Position numbers and translations under genes: made by a program
Shown: positions 1 through 8,640 of the stretch, piece by piece
Layout of the letters: each line of letters begins with the position of its first letter
How positions within the stretch are numbered: position 1 is the first letter of the stretch
The notes under the pieces: model-generated
The model's database searches: none
What the model saw: the letters and a program-made list of their open reading frames with translations, nothing else
What the model was told of the DNA's origin: nothing
Assembly: GCA_052144935.1 (NCBI GenBank)
Contig: JBKQPR010000214.1
Coordinates: forward strand, 5,731-69,730
Length of the DNA: 64,000 nt
Direction: 5' to 3'
DNA from: Bryobacteraceae bacterium
GTDB lineage: Bacteria; Acidobacteriota; Terriglobia; Bryobacterales; Bryobacteraceae

Positions 1-977
1 GCTGGCGCGCCATGGAAGCGCCGCGCTGTTTCCGCTATGATGGTGGCGCCAGCCAGGATGGCTCTCCTCTGGGCACTCGCCAATCCATGACCAAGACCTT
101 TCTGCCCCGGGCGCTCTCCGCGGGCGCCCGCCTGGTCGCGGAAACCCGCGCCCTGCTGCTCGATCACCAGCATGACAAATGGAACGTGACGCTCTCGCAG
201 CGCGGCGAAACCGCGAGAGCCGTCGCCGATTCGGTCTTCGTGTGCGGTGGCGCGGTCGAGACGCCCGCGTTGCTGCGGCGCTCTGGCATCACTCGCAACA
301 TCGGCAACACCCTGGCGCTGCATCCCACCGTCAAGGTGGTGGCCCGCTTCCCCGAAGAGGTCAACCACGAGCATCTCGGTGTTCCGGTCCACCAGGTGAG
401 GGAATTCGCGCCGCACATGAGCCTCGGCTGTTCCATCTCGTCGCTGCCGTACCTCATGCTCGGCACGGCCGATTACCCGGATCGCCGCAACCTGATTCGC
501 AGCCAGTGGCGGCACATGGCCGTCTACTACGCCATGATCGCCGGCCCCGCTGCCGGCAGGGTGCGCAATGCGGGTCCCGACGCCCTGGTCCGCTATCGGC
601 TGTCGCCCGCCGATTGGCGCAACCTCAGCCTGGGCCTGCGCCGCCTTTCGAGGCTGCTCCTGGCTGCCGGCGCGGTAGAACTCTACCCCTCGCTCTCCGG
701 CTTATCCCCGCTGCGCACGGAAGACGATCTCTCGCTGATCCCCGCCGAACTTCCCGCCGATCGCACCAGCCTCATGTCCGTGCACCTGTTCTCCTCCTGT
801 CCGATGGGCGAGAACCGCGCCCTGTGCGCCACCGACAGCTTCGGCCGCGTGCATGGCGTGCCGGACCTCTTCATCCACGACGCCAGCCTGCTGTGCACGG
901 CGCCGGGCGTCAATCCGCAGGGCAGCATCGTGGCGCTGGCGCGCCGCAATACTCTGCACTACCTGGAGAGCCGATGA
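1..977 (+). CDS. GMC-family oxidoreductase, C-terminal part (5' end outside window)
   Basis: The frame of ORF 12..977 stays open back to the window edge. The C-terminal segment SFGRVHGVPDLFIHDASLLCTAPGVNPQGSIVALARRN fits the GMC oxidoreductase C-terminal domain pattern (from memory). The stop overlaps the next start (ATGA at 974-977). Confidence 0.7.
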   Translation, partial: WRAMEAPRCFRYDGGASQDGSPLGTRQSMTKTFLPRALSAGARLVAETRALLLDHQHDKWNVTLSQRGETARAVADSVFVCGGAVETPALLRRSGITRNIGNTLALHPTVKVVARFPEEVNHEHLGVPVHQVREFAPHMSLGCSISSLPYLMLGTADYPDRRNLIRSQWRHMAVYYAMIAGPAAGRVRNAGPDALVRYRLSPADWRNLSLGLRRLSRLLLAAGAVELYPSLSGLSPLRTEDDLSLIPAELPADRTSLMSVHLFSSCPMGENRALCATDSFGRVHGVPDLFIHDASLLCTAPGVNPQGSIVALARRNTLHYLESR

Positions 978-2047
978 CCGGGTCCGGCTCCGGGTCCGGC
1001 CCCATCCTCATCACCGGCGCGCTCGGCTGGCTGGGAAAGCGCCTCACCCGGCTCCTGGCCGAAGGCCAGTACAACTTCCTGCTCGGCGGCCGGCCTGAGA
1101 TCCGCTGTCTGCTGCTGCCCGGACAGGATGCCAGCGAACTCCGCTCCCTGGTTCCAACAGGACACGCGCCGCATGTGGAGGTTGTCGCGGGCGACCTGCG
1201 CTATCCCCAGGACTGCGCGCGTTTTCTTGCGAACAGCGCCGGCGCCCTGCTCCTCCACACCGCCGGCATCATCCATCCGCGGCGAGTCCGGGAGTTCTAC
1301 GAGGTTAACGTGCAGGGCGCCATCAACCTGCTGGCCGCCGCTCGCAAAGCGCACGTGCGGAGGGCGGTGATGGTCTCCTCCAATTCGCCGCTCGGCTGCA
1401 ATCCGCACCCCGATCACCTCTTCGACGAGAGTTCCCCCTATCACCCCTATATGAACTATGGCCGCTCGAAAATGCGGATGGAGCAGGCCGCTATGGCCGC
1501 CTCCCCAGCCGGCGGCCTGGAAACCGTGATTGTCCGCCCGCCGTGGTTCTACGGACCCGATCAGCCGCCCCGCCAGACGCTCTTCTTCCGGATGGTGAAG
1601 GGTGGCAAGGCCCCGCTGGTGGGCCGCGGCGAAAACCTGCGCTCCATGGTATACGTGGACAACCTCATCCAGGGCCTGCTGCTGGCCGCCACGCACGCTG
1701 CCGCCGCCGGACAAATCTACTGGATCGCCGACCGCCGGCCCTACGCCATGCGCGAGATTATCGACACCATCGAACGTCTGCTGGAAGAGGAGTTCAGCAT
1801 TCCCGTGGCCCACCGCCGCCTGCGAATGCCGGGTTTCGCGAGCACCGTGGCCGAAGCCGCCGACGCGGTCATCCAGGCGGCCGGCCTGTACCACCAGAAG
1901 ATCCACGTGCTTTCCGAGATGAACAAGACCATCGCCTGCTCCATCCAAAAGGCCGAGCGCGAGCTGGGCTACCGGCCGCAAGTGGCCCTGGAGGAAGGCA
2001 TGCGGCGCAGCATCCGATGGTGCTTGGAAAGGGGCATCGCCATCTGA
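974..2047 (+). CDS. NAD-dependent epimerase/dehydratase (extended SDR)
   Basis: The internal ATG at 974 of ORF 179..2047 gives MTGSGSGSGPILITGALGWLGKRL (Rossmann GxxGxxG) and YGRSK (YxxxK). The upstream part of the long ORF overlaps the GMC gene in another frame and is discarded. Confidence 0.85.
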   Translation: MTGSGSGSGPILITGALGWLGKRLTRLLAEGQYNFLLGGRPEIRCLLLPGQDASELRSLVPTGHAPHVEVVAGDLRYPQDCARFLANSAGALLLHTAGIIHPRRVREFYEVNVQGAINLLAAARKAHVRRAVMVSSNSPLGCNPHPDHLFDESSPYHPYMNYGRSKMRMEQAAMAASPAGGLETVIVRPPWFYGPDQPPRQTLFFRMVKGGKAPLVGRGENLRSMVYVDNLIQGLLLAATHAAAAGQIYWIADRRPYAMREIIDTIERLLEEEFSIPVAHRRLRMPGFASTVAEAADAVIQAAGLYHQKIHVLSEMNKTIACSIQKAERELGYRPQVALEEGMRRSIRWCLERGIAI

Positions 2048-2057
2048 ACAAAACCTC

Positions 2058-2101
2058 GCGCGGCCACAGGGTCGCAGGTTCGATCCCTACCTGGGGAGCC
2101 A
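2058..2101 (+). other. tRNA 3'-half remnant (T-arm, acceptor 3' strand, CCA); not an intact tRNA
   Basis: GGTCGCAGGTTCGATCCCTACCTGGGGAGCCA has T-loop TTCGATC flanked by GCAGG/CCTAC (one C-A mismatch), a 7-nt acceptor strand CTGGGGA, discriminator G and CCA. There is no complementary 5' acceptor strand or D/anticodon arms upstream; that DNA is the end of the epimerase CDS. Confidence 0.5.
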
Positions 2102-2341
2102 GCAAAATCGGTCTTTCAAACGTGAGCTTTATGGGCCACCCCAATTCAACACTCGAACCGGCCCGCATCGCCAGCAGTTTCGACAAACGCGGTTCCTGGA
2201 CCGTATTAGACCGTTATGCCCGCTCAAACGAGAATTCCGTTCTCCTTGTGCGTGCGGCCGAGGAGCGGGGCACTCTGTCTTCTGCCTCCTGACTTCTGGC
2301 TTCCATATCCCGCGGGGATATCAAGGCGGAGCCTTGGCTAG

Positions 2342-3151
2342 TTAGGATTGATGCTCTCCCACCTTGACGAGGCCGCTCGTCACGCACTTGCTCATGATGT
2401 TGCGGAAGCGGGTGCGGCTGATCTGGTGATCGGCCAGCAACCGGCCGTTGTAAATCAGCGCAAAAATCGCGTAAGGGGTTGGCGCACTCTGGGCATCGCT
2501 CCACGACTCGAGATCGACCACCGTGGGCCTGACACCGTACTCACTCTCCGCCGCTTCAATGATTTCAGCCGCGAATTTCGCGATGTGTGGACACTGGTTT
2601 GAGCGGATGATGGTCAAGCCCCGGCTGTACTGCCCGAGTTTCCGATCCCAACCTTTCTTGAAGGCCGGGTTTACGGCGCCACTATCGAACTTCCGAACGA
2701 GCAATTGGTAGTCCGGCGGCGCGGTATCGACGGGTTCGAAACCGTTTGCCAGGAACAGGCGGCGGTCGGCCAGCCATGGACCGTCCCGGACCATCACGGC
2801 GGCGCCGCGCATGCCGGCCTTTCTCGCATCATCCAAGCAGCCTTCGACCATGATGCTCCCCCAGCCCTTTCGCTGATGCTGCTTGGAGAAAATCCAAACG
2901 CAGTGAATAAACATGAAGCCAGCGGCTTCTACACCGCGCCATGCAAACTCGCCCGGAAGGTATTCAATGTAGCCGCTCGGTTGTCCGTCCGGGGCCAGAA
3001 GCATCTTAGCCCGCAGACCGAACCTGGCGTTCGCTTGCAGCCAGCAGTGCTTCTGCTGGCGGCCAGGATGAGTGGGGCTCTTTATCCCGCAACAGGGCAG
3101 TGTGTCGAAGCTCGCCGCATCGACATCGATCAAGCGAGGCTCGCGTATCAA
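2342..3151 (-). CDS. GNAT N-acetyltransferase with C-terminal YoaP-like domain
   Basis: ORF of 269 aa. The central part has a GNAT-like core (HCVWIFSKQHQRKGWGSIMVEGCLDDARKAG). The C-terminal part (NQCPHIAKFAAEIIE...PTPYAIFALIYNGRLLADHQIS) resembles the YoaP-like domain. Confidence 0.7.
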   Translation of the reverse strand: MIREPRLIDVDAASFDTLPCCGIKSPTHPGRQQKHCWLQANARFGLRAKMLLAPDGQPSGYIEYLPGEFAWRGVEAAGFMFIHCVWIFSKQHQRKGWGSIMVEGCLDDARKAGMRGAAVMVRDGPWLADRRLFLANGFEPVDTAPPDYQLLVRKFDSGAVNPAFKKGWDRKLGQYSRGLTIIRSNQCPHIAKFAAEIIEAAESEYGVRPTVVDLESWSDAQSAPTPYAIFALIYNGRLLADHQISRTRFRNIMSKCVTSGLVKVGEHQS

Positions 3152-3542
3152 TGGAGACCGATCCTTGTTTTGTCACCTCCAGTCTACTCCTCTGCACCCG
3201 CGTTGGAAACGTGTCCAAGGGCAGGTGGGGCCCGGAATGGACACGCGCCGGCATTCCCCGCCAACTATTATTGGCGGATTTGCGCGTGCATTGGTTCGGT
3301 CCCAACCTAAGTTGGTCCGGGCAAGTTCGAAACGTGTCCAGACTGGGGAGCCCCATCTGACATCCTGGGCATTATGGGACGCGGGATCGCGCCTGTCTGG
3401 CTTTTCAGTGCCGCCCACTGTGGTCAAAGTCCGCATCCGGGCATCTTCCGCAGAGCGATTATATAGTGATTCGAATCGGCTGATCCGCGTTCGCCGCGCG
3501 GCGGGCATTGATTCGCACCTCGTTTGCGCTACACTGTGGCAC

Positions 3543-3791
3543 ATGAGGAAAGCCTCGGTCCGTGAGCTGCATATCCACACTTCGGAGTTGGTGCGGGAGG
3601 CTGCGGAAGGCGGCGTTATCGTGATCGAACGCCGCGGTGAACCTGTCGCGGAGTTGCGCCCCATCACCGCTTCATCGCGCTTGCCTGCGAGCAAGAAGGC
3701 GCTCATCTTCGACTCCATGCAGGAAATGTGGGATCGCATGCCGCAAGCCGGCGACTGCACAAAGATCGTTGAAGAGGATCGCGACCGTTAG
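3543..3791 (+). CDS. Phd/YefM-type antitoxin
   Basis: The internal ATG at 3543 of ORF 3072..3791 gives MRKASVRELHIHTSELVREAAEGGVIVIERRGEPVAELRPI, a typical Phd/YefM N-terminus. It lies 6 nt upstream of a PIN-domain reading frame. Confidence 0.8.
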   Translation: MRKASVRELHIHTSELVREAAEGGVIVIERRGEPVAELRPITASSRLPASKKALIFDSMQEMWDRMPQAGDCTKIVEEDRDR

Positions 3792-3797
3792 GCCACC

Positions 3798-4165
3798 GTG
3801 TATCTCGACACGTCCTATATCGCAAAATTCTATTTCAATGAACCCGGATCTCCCAGGGTTCGCGAACTTGTCCGTGAAGCGGATGCCCTTTATTCGTCCT
3901 TGTGGGCCTTGGCCGAATTTCACGCCGTAATTCATCGCCGGGTTCGTGAAGGCGCATCCTCACCCAGTGACGCATGGGATCTTGCTTCCCGCTTCTGCGA
4001 ACACGTAGCCGAGGGGCCGTGGAACCTCATTCCAGCCCACGAACCACCGCCGACGCCGTGCACTTGGCGACGGCGTACGAGATTGGGGAACGCGACGTGT
4101 GGACCAACGACCGCCACATGCTCGCAGCCGCTTCGTACTTCGGCGTGACGGGCCGGTCGGTCTAG
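3798..4165 (+). pseudogene. vapC: VapC (PIN-domain) toxin, disrupted by internal deletion/frameshift
   Basis: The N-terminal PIN part (GTG start, YLDTSYIAKFYF...LAEFHAV) is in the frame of ORF 3798..4148. The C-terminal PIN part (TADAVHLATAYEIGERDVWTNDRHMLAAA) is in the frame of ORF 3974..4165. The junction is near 4030-4045, and roughly 20-25 residues normally found between the two parts appear to be missing. Confidence 0.75.
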
Positions 4166-4195
4166 CTGCTGCCCCACGCGTTATTGTGAGGAGAG

Positions 4196-5218
4196 ATGAA
4201 GCACCTGATCACCGGAGGCAGCGGATTTCTGGGAAATCTGATCGCCCGCCGCCTGCTGGCCAGCGGCGAACAAGTCCGCAGCCTGGACATCTGGGAAGAT
4301 CCGTCCAGGCCCCCGGAAATCGACTTTGTGCGTTGCGATGTTCGCGATGCCGCCGGCGTGGGCCAGGCCTTGCGGGGCATCGACATCGTCCACCACAACG
4401 CCGCGCTGGTGCCGCTGACCAAATCCGGCAAGGACTTCGCCCGCGTCAATATCGATGGCTCCCGTATTGTCGCCGAACAGGCCGCCGGCCGCGTCCGGGC
4501 GTTCATCCACATGAGTTCGTCGGCGGTCTACGGCAGCCCCGCCTGCCCCATCACTGCGGAGACGCCCTATCGCCCCATAGAGATCTATGGCCGCGCCAAA
4601 CTGGCCGGTGAGCTGGCCGTGCGCGAGGTCTGCGAAAAACACGGCACGGCGCTCACGGTGATCCGCCCGCGGACCATCCTCGGCCCGGGCCGCCTGGGCA
4701 TCTTTCAGATTCTGTTTGAGTGGATCGCCGCCGGGCAGAACATCTTCGTCATTGGCGACGGCAACGTGAAATTTCAATTCGTGCATGCCGGCGATCTGAT
4801 CGACGCCTACATGCTGGCCCTGCGCCTGGGCAAGCCCGGCATCTACAATGTCGGCGCCGCACGCTTTGGAACTCTCCGCGAAGCGCTGGAGAACCTAGTC
4901 TGTCATGCTCACAGCACCTCGCGAGTGCGATCCCTACCCGCCGGCCCGGCCATCCGGACGCTGCGCGCGCTCGACTTCCTGGGCCTGTCGCCGCTGGCTC
5001 CGTGGCATTATCTGACCTATCACAAACCCTTCTACTTCGACGTTAACGCGCTCCTCCAACTGGGTTGGCGGCCCAGGTATTCCAACGACGACATGTTCCG
5101 GGAAAGCTACGATTGGTTCCTGGCGAACCGGCGCGCCGCCGGCGCCGCTAAGGATGGGTCGCCGCATCGCCGCCGCGTCCGCGAAGGCGTGCTCTGGCTG
5201 CTGAAAAAGATCGCCTGA
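4196..5218 (+). CDS. NAD-dependent epimerase/dehydratase (SDR, 3-beta-HSD-like)
   Basis: MKHLITGGSGFLGNLIARRL (GxxGxxG), YGRAK (YxxxK), and a good SD (GAGGAGAG) upstream of the ATG. Confidence 0.85.
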   Translation: MKHLITGGSGFLGNLIARRLLASGEQVRSLDIWEDPSRPPEIDFVRCDVRDAAGVGQALRGIDIVHHNAALVPLTKSGKDFARVNIDGSRIVAEQAAGRVRAFIHMSSSAVYGSPACPITAETPYRPIEIYGRAKLAGELAVREVCEKHGTALTVIRPRTILGPGRLGIFQILFEWIAAGQNIFVIGDGNVKFQFVHAGDLIDAYMLALRLGKPGIYNVGAARFGTLREALENLVCHAHSTSRVRSLPAGPAIRTLRALDFLGLSPLAPWHYLTYHKPFYFDVNALLQLGWRPRYSNDDMFRESYDWFLANRRAAGAAKDGSPHRRRVREGVLWLLKKIA

Positions 5219-5261
5219 ACCGCCCGCGCTTCGAGAGCCCCTGCGCCAACCGCGGGCTGGT

Positions 5262-6377
5262 TTATCGACTCTTCCATAACTTCTGCGCCGGCACGAATAG
5301 AACCGCCACGGCGCACAGCGAGGCGGCCATCAACATCACGAAAGTGCGCACCCGCGAAGTCACCCGCTTCAGCCGGGAAGACTCGGGCAAAGCGCTATCC
5401 AGGGCCGCCAGCCCATAGAAGCCCGCCTGCCCGCACCAGGCGATCGCCCGCCACGGATCGGGCAGCCCGAACGACGTTCCAGCCGCCACCAGCAAGGCCC
5501 ATGGCATGAGGAGCCGGGCTAGCTTATGCGAAAAGAAATGGAGCCACATGCGGTTCCCCGGCCCCAACAGAGCGGGATAGAAACCGACGATCTGGTAGAC
5601 CCCCGCCAGCGTCCTGATTTTGCGGCGAAACTCCGAGCTCAGGTTGGTCGGATCGTCGAAAGCCTTGGCCGAGTCGTCGAGAATCACGCGGTATCCCCGG
5701 AAGAACGCGGCCAGGGGAAGGTACATATCGTCGGCCAGAGTTTGCGCTGGTAATGGCCTGGCCAGGTCCTGCCGCATGGCGTAAATGCAGCCCGTCGCCC
5801 CTATTACCGAATCCAGCCGGCTTTGCCGTGTGCGAATCCACTTTTCGTAGCGCCAGTACAGGCCTACGCCCGCTTCGCCGCTGGTCTGGCCCTTCCGGAT
5901 CACCAGTTCCCCGCTGGCAACTCCCACCGCCGGGTCCGCAAAACAAGCCACCAGATTTCGCAGGCTGTCACGGCTCAATTCCTGCCGGACGTCCGTGAAA
6001 AACAGGATTTCCCCGCAGGCTGCCTCGATCGCCCGGTTCAATGCCAGCGCCTTGCCTCCCGCCGGAACTTTCAGCAACCGGACGCCTCGGCGCCCCGCAT
6101 ACCCTTCCACGATGCATTCGGTGGCGTCGGTGGAACCGTCGGAAACCACCAGGATCTCGATCAAATCCATGGGATAATTTAGAGCCAGTAGCGATTCCAG
6201 TTTCTGGGCAACCCACCGCTCTCCGTTGCGCACCGGCAGAATCACGGACACGCTGCGCGGCGCGAACGCCTTTTTCACTGGCCTGGCTCGCCGTGCCAGC
6301 AACGCCAACAGCAGCGGATATCCGAACATTGTGTAGAAGCAAAATGCGGCAGCCAGCAGAAATAAAGCGTTCATCAT
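5262..6377 (-). CDS. Family 2 glycosyltransferase, membrane-associated
   Basis: N-terminal TM helix, then VSVILPVRNGERWV...ILVVSDGSTDAT...GGKALALNRAIEAACGEILFFTDVRQ (GT-A fold, DxD-type region), and C-terminal TM helices. Confidence 0.85.
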   Translation of the reverse strand: MMNALFLLAAAFCFYTMFGYPLLLALLARRARPVKKAFAPRSVSVILPVRNGERWVAQKLESLLALNYPMDLIEILVVSDGSTDATECIVEGYAGRRGVRLLKVPAGGKALALNRAIEAACGEILFFTDVRQELSRDSLRNLVACFADPAVGVASGELVIRKGQTSGEAGVGLYWRYEKWIRTRQSRLDSVIGATGCIYAMRQDLARPLPAQTLADDMYLPLAAFFRGYRVILDDSAKAFDDPTNLSSEFRRKIRTLAGVYQIVGFYPALLGPGNRMWLHFFSHKLARLLMPWALLVAAGTSFGLPDPWRAIAWCGQAGFYGLAALDSALPESSRLKRVTSRVRTFVMLMAASLCAVAVLFVPAQKLWKSR

Positions 6378-6609
6378 CGCCGTAGATCAGCAGTGGGTAG
6401 GGCAGGGGAATCGGCCAACCGCCGCTAGACCTGCCGCGCCGGCGCCGGATTCGGCATATGGTACACGAGGAGATGTAGCGTTTGGTCCACTGGATTCTCA
6501 ATTGTCAGGAACTTTACCGGGCTTTGTCAATCAGCTCATGCCTTGTCCAGTTGTCGCTTTAAGGCTCTCCAAGTGGAGCCGTATGAAGCCGGGTTACCGC
6601 CAAAAACCA

Positions 6610-6975
6610 GGTGTAGGTCCGTGGAAAATCCTGATTCCTTCCGCCAGCTTTCCCGACCTCGCTAGGTGTAGTAGTGTGGAAATTGGTGTAGTTGCGTGGA
6701 AGAAATCCGCCTCTTTCACCTATTATGGGTATGTTTTAGTACCTTTTAAATACACTGTTCCCTTCAGACCCGTTGAATCAAGAGAGATTCCGGTGCCACA
6801 AATACTGCTAGAATCCAACTCGTTCCAGCAGTGTAGTTTAGGGGAAGGGAAGTGTAGTTGCCTGGAAATCCGGTGTAGTTCCACGGAAGTCAGGTGAAGA
6901 CACGTGGAAAGTTGGTGTAGGTCGCTGGAACAGAAAGTGAAGGCATGTGGAACAAAAGGTGTAGATCCGTGGAAC
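6610..6975 (+). repeat. Iteron array (ten direct 18-bp repeats, consensus RGTGTAG-N5-TGGAAN)
   Basis: Copies start at 6610, 6665, 6685, 6830, 6851, 6872, 6893, 6914, 6936 and 6958. Examples: GGTGTAGGTCCGTGGAAA, GGTGTAGTTGCGTGGAAG, GGTGTAGATCCGTGGAAC. The last seven are contiguous with 21-22 bp spacing. Confidence 0.85.
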
Positions 6976-7088
6976 TAAAATGCTGCTAAGCGATTTGTTT
7001 TCATGCTCTTATGGAATGCCAAAGGTTTTTACAGTTTAGTTCATAGTACACTACAGCAACTTCCATACGTAAGGATTCCCTCAATCCC
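6976..7088 (+). promoter_or_regulatory. AT-rich tract between iterons and rep start (candidate DNA-unwinding element / rep promoter-operator)
   Basis: Visibly AT-rich compared with the rest of the window (TAAAATGCTGCTAAGCGATTTGTTTTCATGCTCTTATGGAATGCCAAAGGTTTTTACAGTTTAGTTCATAG...). It contains an inverted iteron-junction-like sequence at 7051-7066 (reverse complement ATGGAAGTTGCTGTAG). Confidence 0.4.
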
Positions 7089-8561
7089 GTGACTGACCAG
7101 CCCGCCACCGGCACTTTCCCTGTTGTTATTGAACACGTCGATTTAGTTCGCGTCGAAAAGAGCCTGCATTCGCTGGGCTTCTTTGCATCCACGGCCAATC
7201 GCGAGATCTCTCGAACCGTTGTGCAGATCTTTCGCCGTCCCGACGGCCAGCGCATTCACGCTAAGGCCGTGATTGAAGGCATTCCTAGCCTTGGTTTGCC
7301 CACCACTGCCGACCGCGACAAGTATATGGCCTTCATGAAGTTCGCACTAGACCGGCGCGAAATTCAGGGACATCTCACGAACCCCATCCGCTTCAGTGGA
7401 GCCGACATGATTAAACTTCTCCGTCTCCGCAAGGGTGGCTTTCACTACGACGAGATTAACGACTGGTGCAAGCGCATGGTGGCCACCACAATCATGTCGG
7501 AAGCCTCCATTTTTCTCGCGGACCGGAGGCAATATGCCACCGACACTTTCCACGTCTTCGACCGAGTCGTGCTGGTGGGAGAGGAACTTAACGACGGCAC
7601 CCGCTCCGAGTTCTACCAGGTTTACCTCTCCGAGTGGCAACTCACCAATCTCAACCAGGGCTACTTGCTGCCCCTCGATTTCAACGCCTACCTGCGGCTG
7701 CATCGCGATATTGCCAAGGCCCTCTTTGGCCAACTCAGTGTTTGGTTCTATGCCAGCCGCGGCCAGGCTGTGGAGAAAAAGTATCAGGATCTCTGCCAAC
7801 TGCTCAACATTCGCGCCTACCCACATCTTTCCAAAGCCCGCTCGGTCCTGGAACCTTCGCTCGACGAACTCATGGAAATCGGTTATCTCTCCAGTTGGGA
7901 CCTTGTCCGCACGGCCCGTGGCGCCGACTTTAAGCTTGAGCTCGCGCCTGGCAAACGGCTTCTGTCACTGCCGAATTTTGCCAGTGTAGTTAACCCCGAC
8001 GCCCGCGCCGTGCTCGAAGCCGGCATGCCTGCCTGGGTGGGCGAACTGCTGACACGTGGTGTAGTTGAAAGGAAAGCCCGCCAGTTGGCGCTGGACATCC
8101 CCGACGATCAACCTGTCTTCGATCAGATCGAATACGCCGAGTATCTAATCCAGCAGGACCGCCGCGGCCGCGGCAAAATCTCCAACCCGGCCGGCTTCTA
8201 CATCTGGGCTATCGAAAACAACCTCTCGGTTCCGGCGAATTTCGAAACCTCCCGCTCGCGCCGCACGCGCACGGAACAAAATGCCAGCATGGTCGAACTC
8301 AACAATGCCTACGATGAGTTTTGCCAGCAACAGATTTCCAAAAAACTGGAAGCCGACTATCCGCAGGACCGCTTAGACTCGACGCTTCGCGAGCACATGA
8401 AATCCATCAAACGCGAACAGCCGGAGTGGTTTGCACGGGTTCCCGAAAGCACCCGCCGCGAGGTTGCCATGAGCCGCCTGAAAGCCGCCATTCGCGAGCA
8501 CCTGGCCCTGCCCAGTTTCGAACGCTGGCACAAACAGATGCTGCAAGAACGCCTGTTCTGA
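7089..8561 (+). CDS. Plasmid-type replication initiator (Rep/RPA-like), iteron-associated
   Basis: 490-aa ORF (GTG start) directly downstream of the iteron array and AT-rich tract. The N-terminal region (VDLVRVEKSLHSLGFFASTANREISRTV...GLPTTADRDKYMAFMKF) resembles the replication initiator protein A family from memory. The gene looks less GC-rich than its neighbours. The family assignment is unverified. Confidence 0.6.
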   Translation: MTDQPATGTFPVVIEHVDLVRVEKSLHSLGFFASTANREISRTVVQIFRRPDGQRIHAKAVIEGIPSLGLPTTADRDKYMAFMKFALDRREIQGHLTNPIRFSGADMIKLLRLRKGGFHYDEINDWCKRMVATTIMSEASIFLADRRQYATDTFHVFDRVVLVGEELNDGTRSEFYQVYLSEWQLTNLNQGYLLPLDFNAYLRLHRDIAKALFGQLSVWFYASRGQAVEKKYQDLCQLLNIRAYPHLSKARSVLEPSLDELMEIGYLSSWDLVRTARGADFKLELAPGKRLLSLPNFASVVNPDARAVLEAGMPAWVGELLTRGVVERKARQLALDIPDDQPVFDQIEYAEYLIQQDRRGRGKISNPAGFYIWAIENNLSVPANFETSRSRRTRTEQNASMVELNNAYDEFCQQQISKKLEADYPQDRLDSTLREHMKSIKREQPEWFARVPESTRREVAMSRLKAAIREHLALPSFERWHKQMLQERLF

Positions 8562-8613
8562 CCGGGCCGGGATCCGAAGCCAAGTCCCGATACCCGACTT
8601 ATGCAGAACCGCA

Positions 8614-8631
8614 CTTCCACGTATCTACACC
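8614..8631 (-). repeat. Inverted iteron copy downstream of rep
   Basis: CTTCCACGTATCTACACC is the reverse complement of GGTGTAGATACGTGGAAG, a full match to the iteron consensus. It lies in the 79-bp gap after the rep stop. Confidence 0.7.
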
Positions 8632-8640
8632 CCAAACCTG

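Noticed and set aside
4928-4938. An 11-nt match (CGATCCCTACC) to the tRNA fragment at 2081-2091, considered as a second att copy.
   Set aside because: It lies inside an intact epimerase CDS, is too short to be significant, and would delimit an implausible island.
6502-6897. 131-aa plus-strand ORF covering the iteron array.
   Set aside because: Its sequence is simply the translation of the repeats (recurring VV/WK/SGV motifs). The origin-like architecture explains the region better than a coding gene does.
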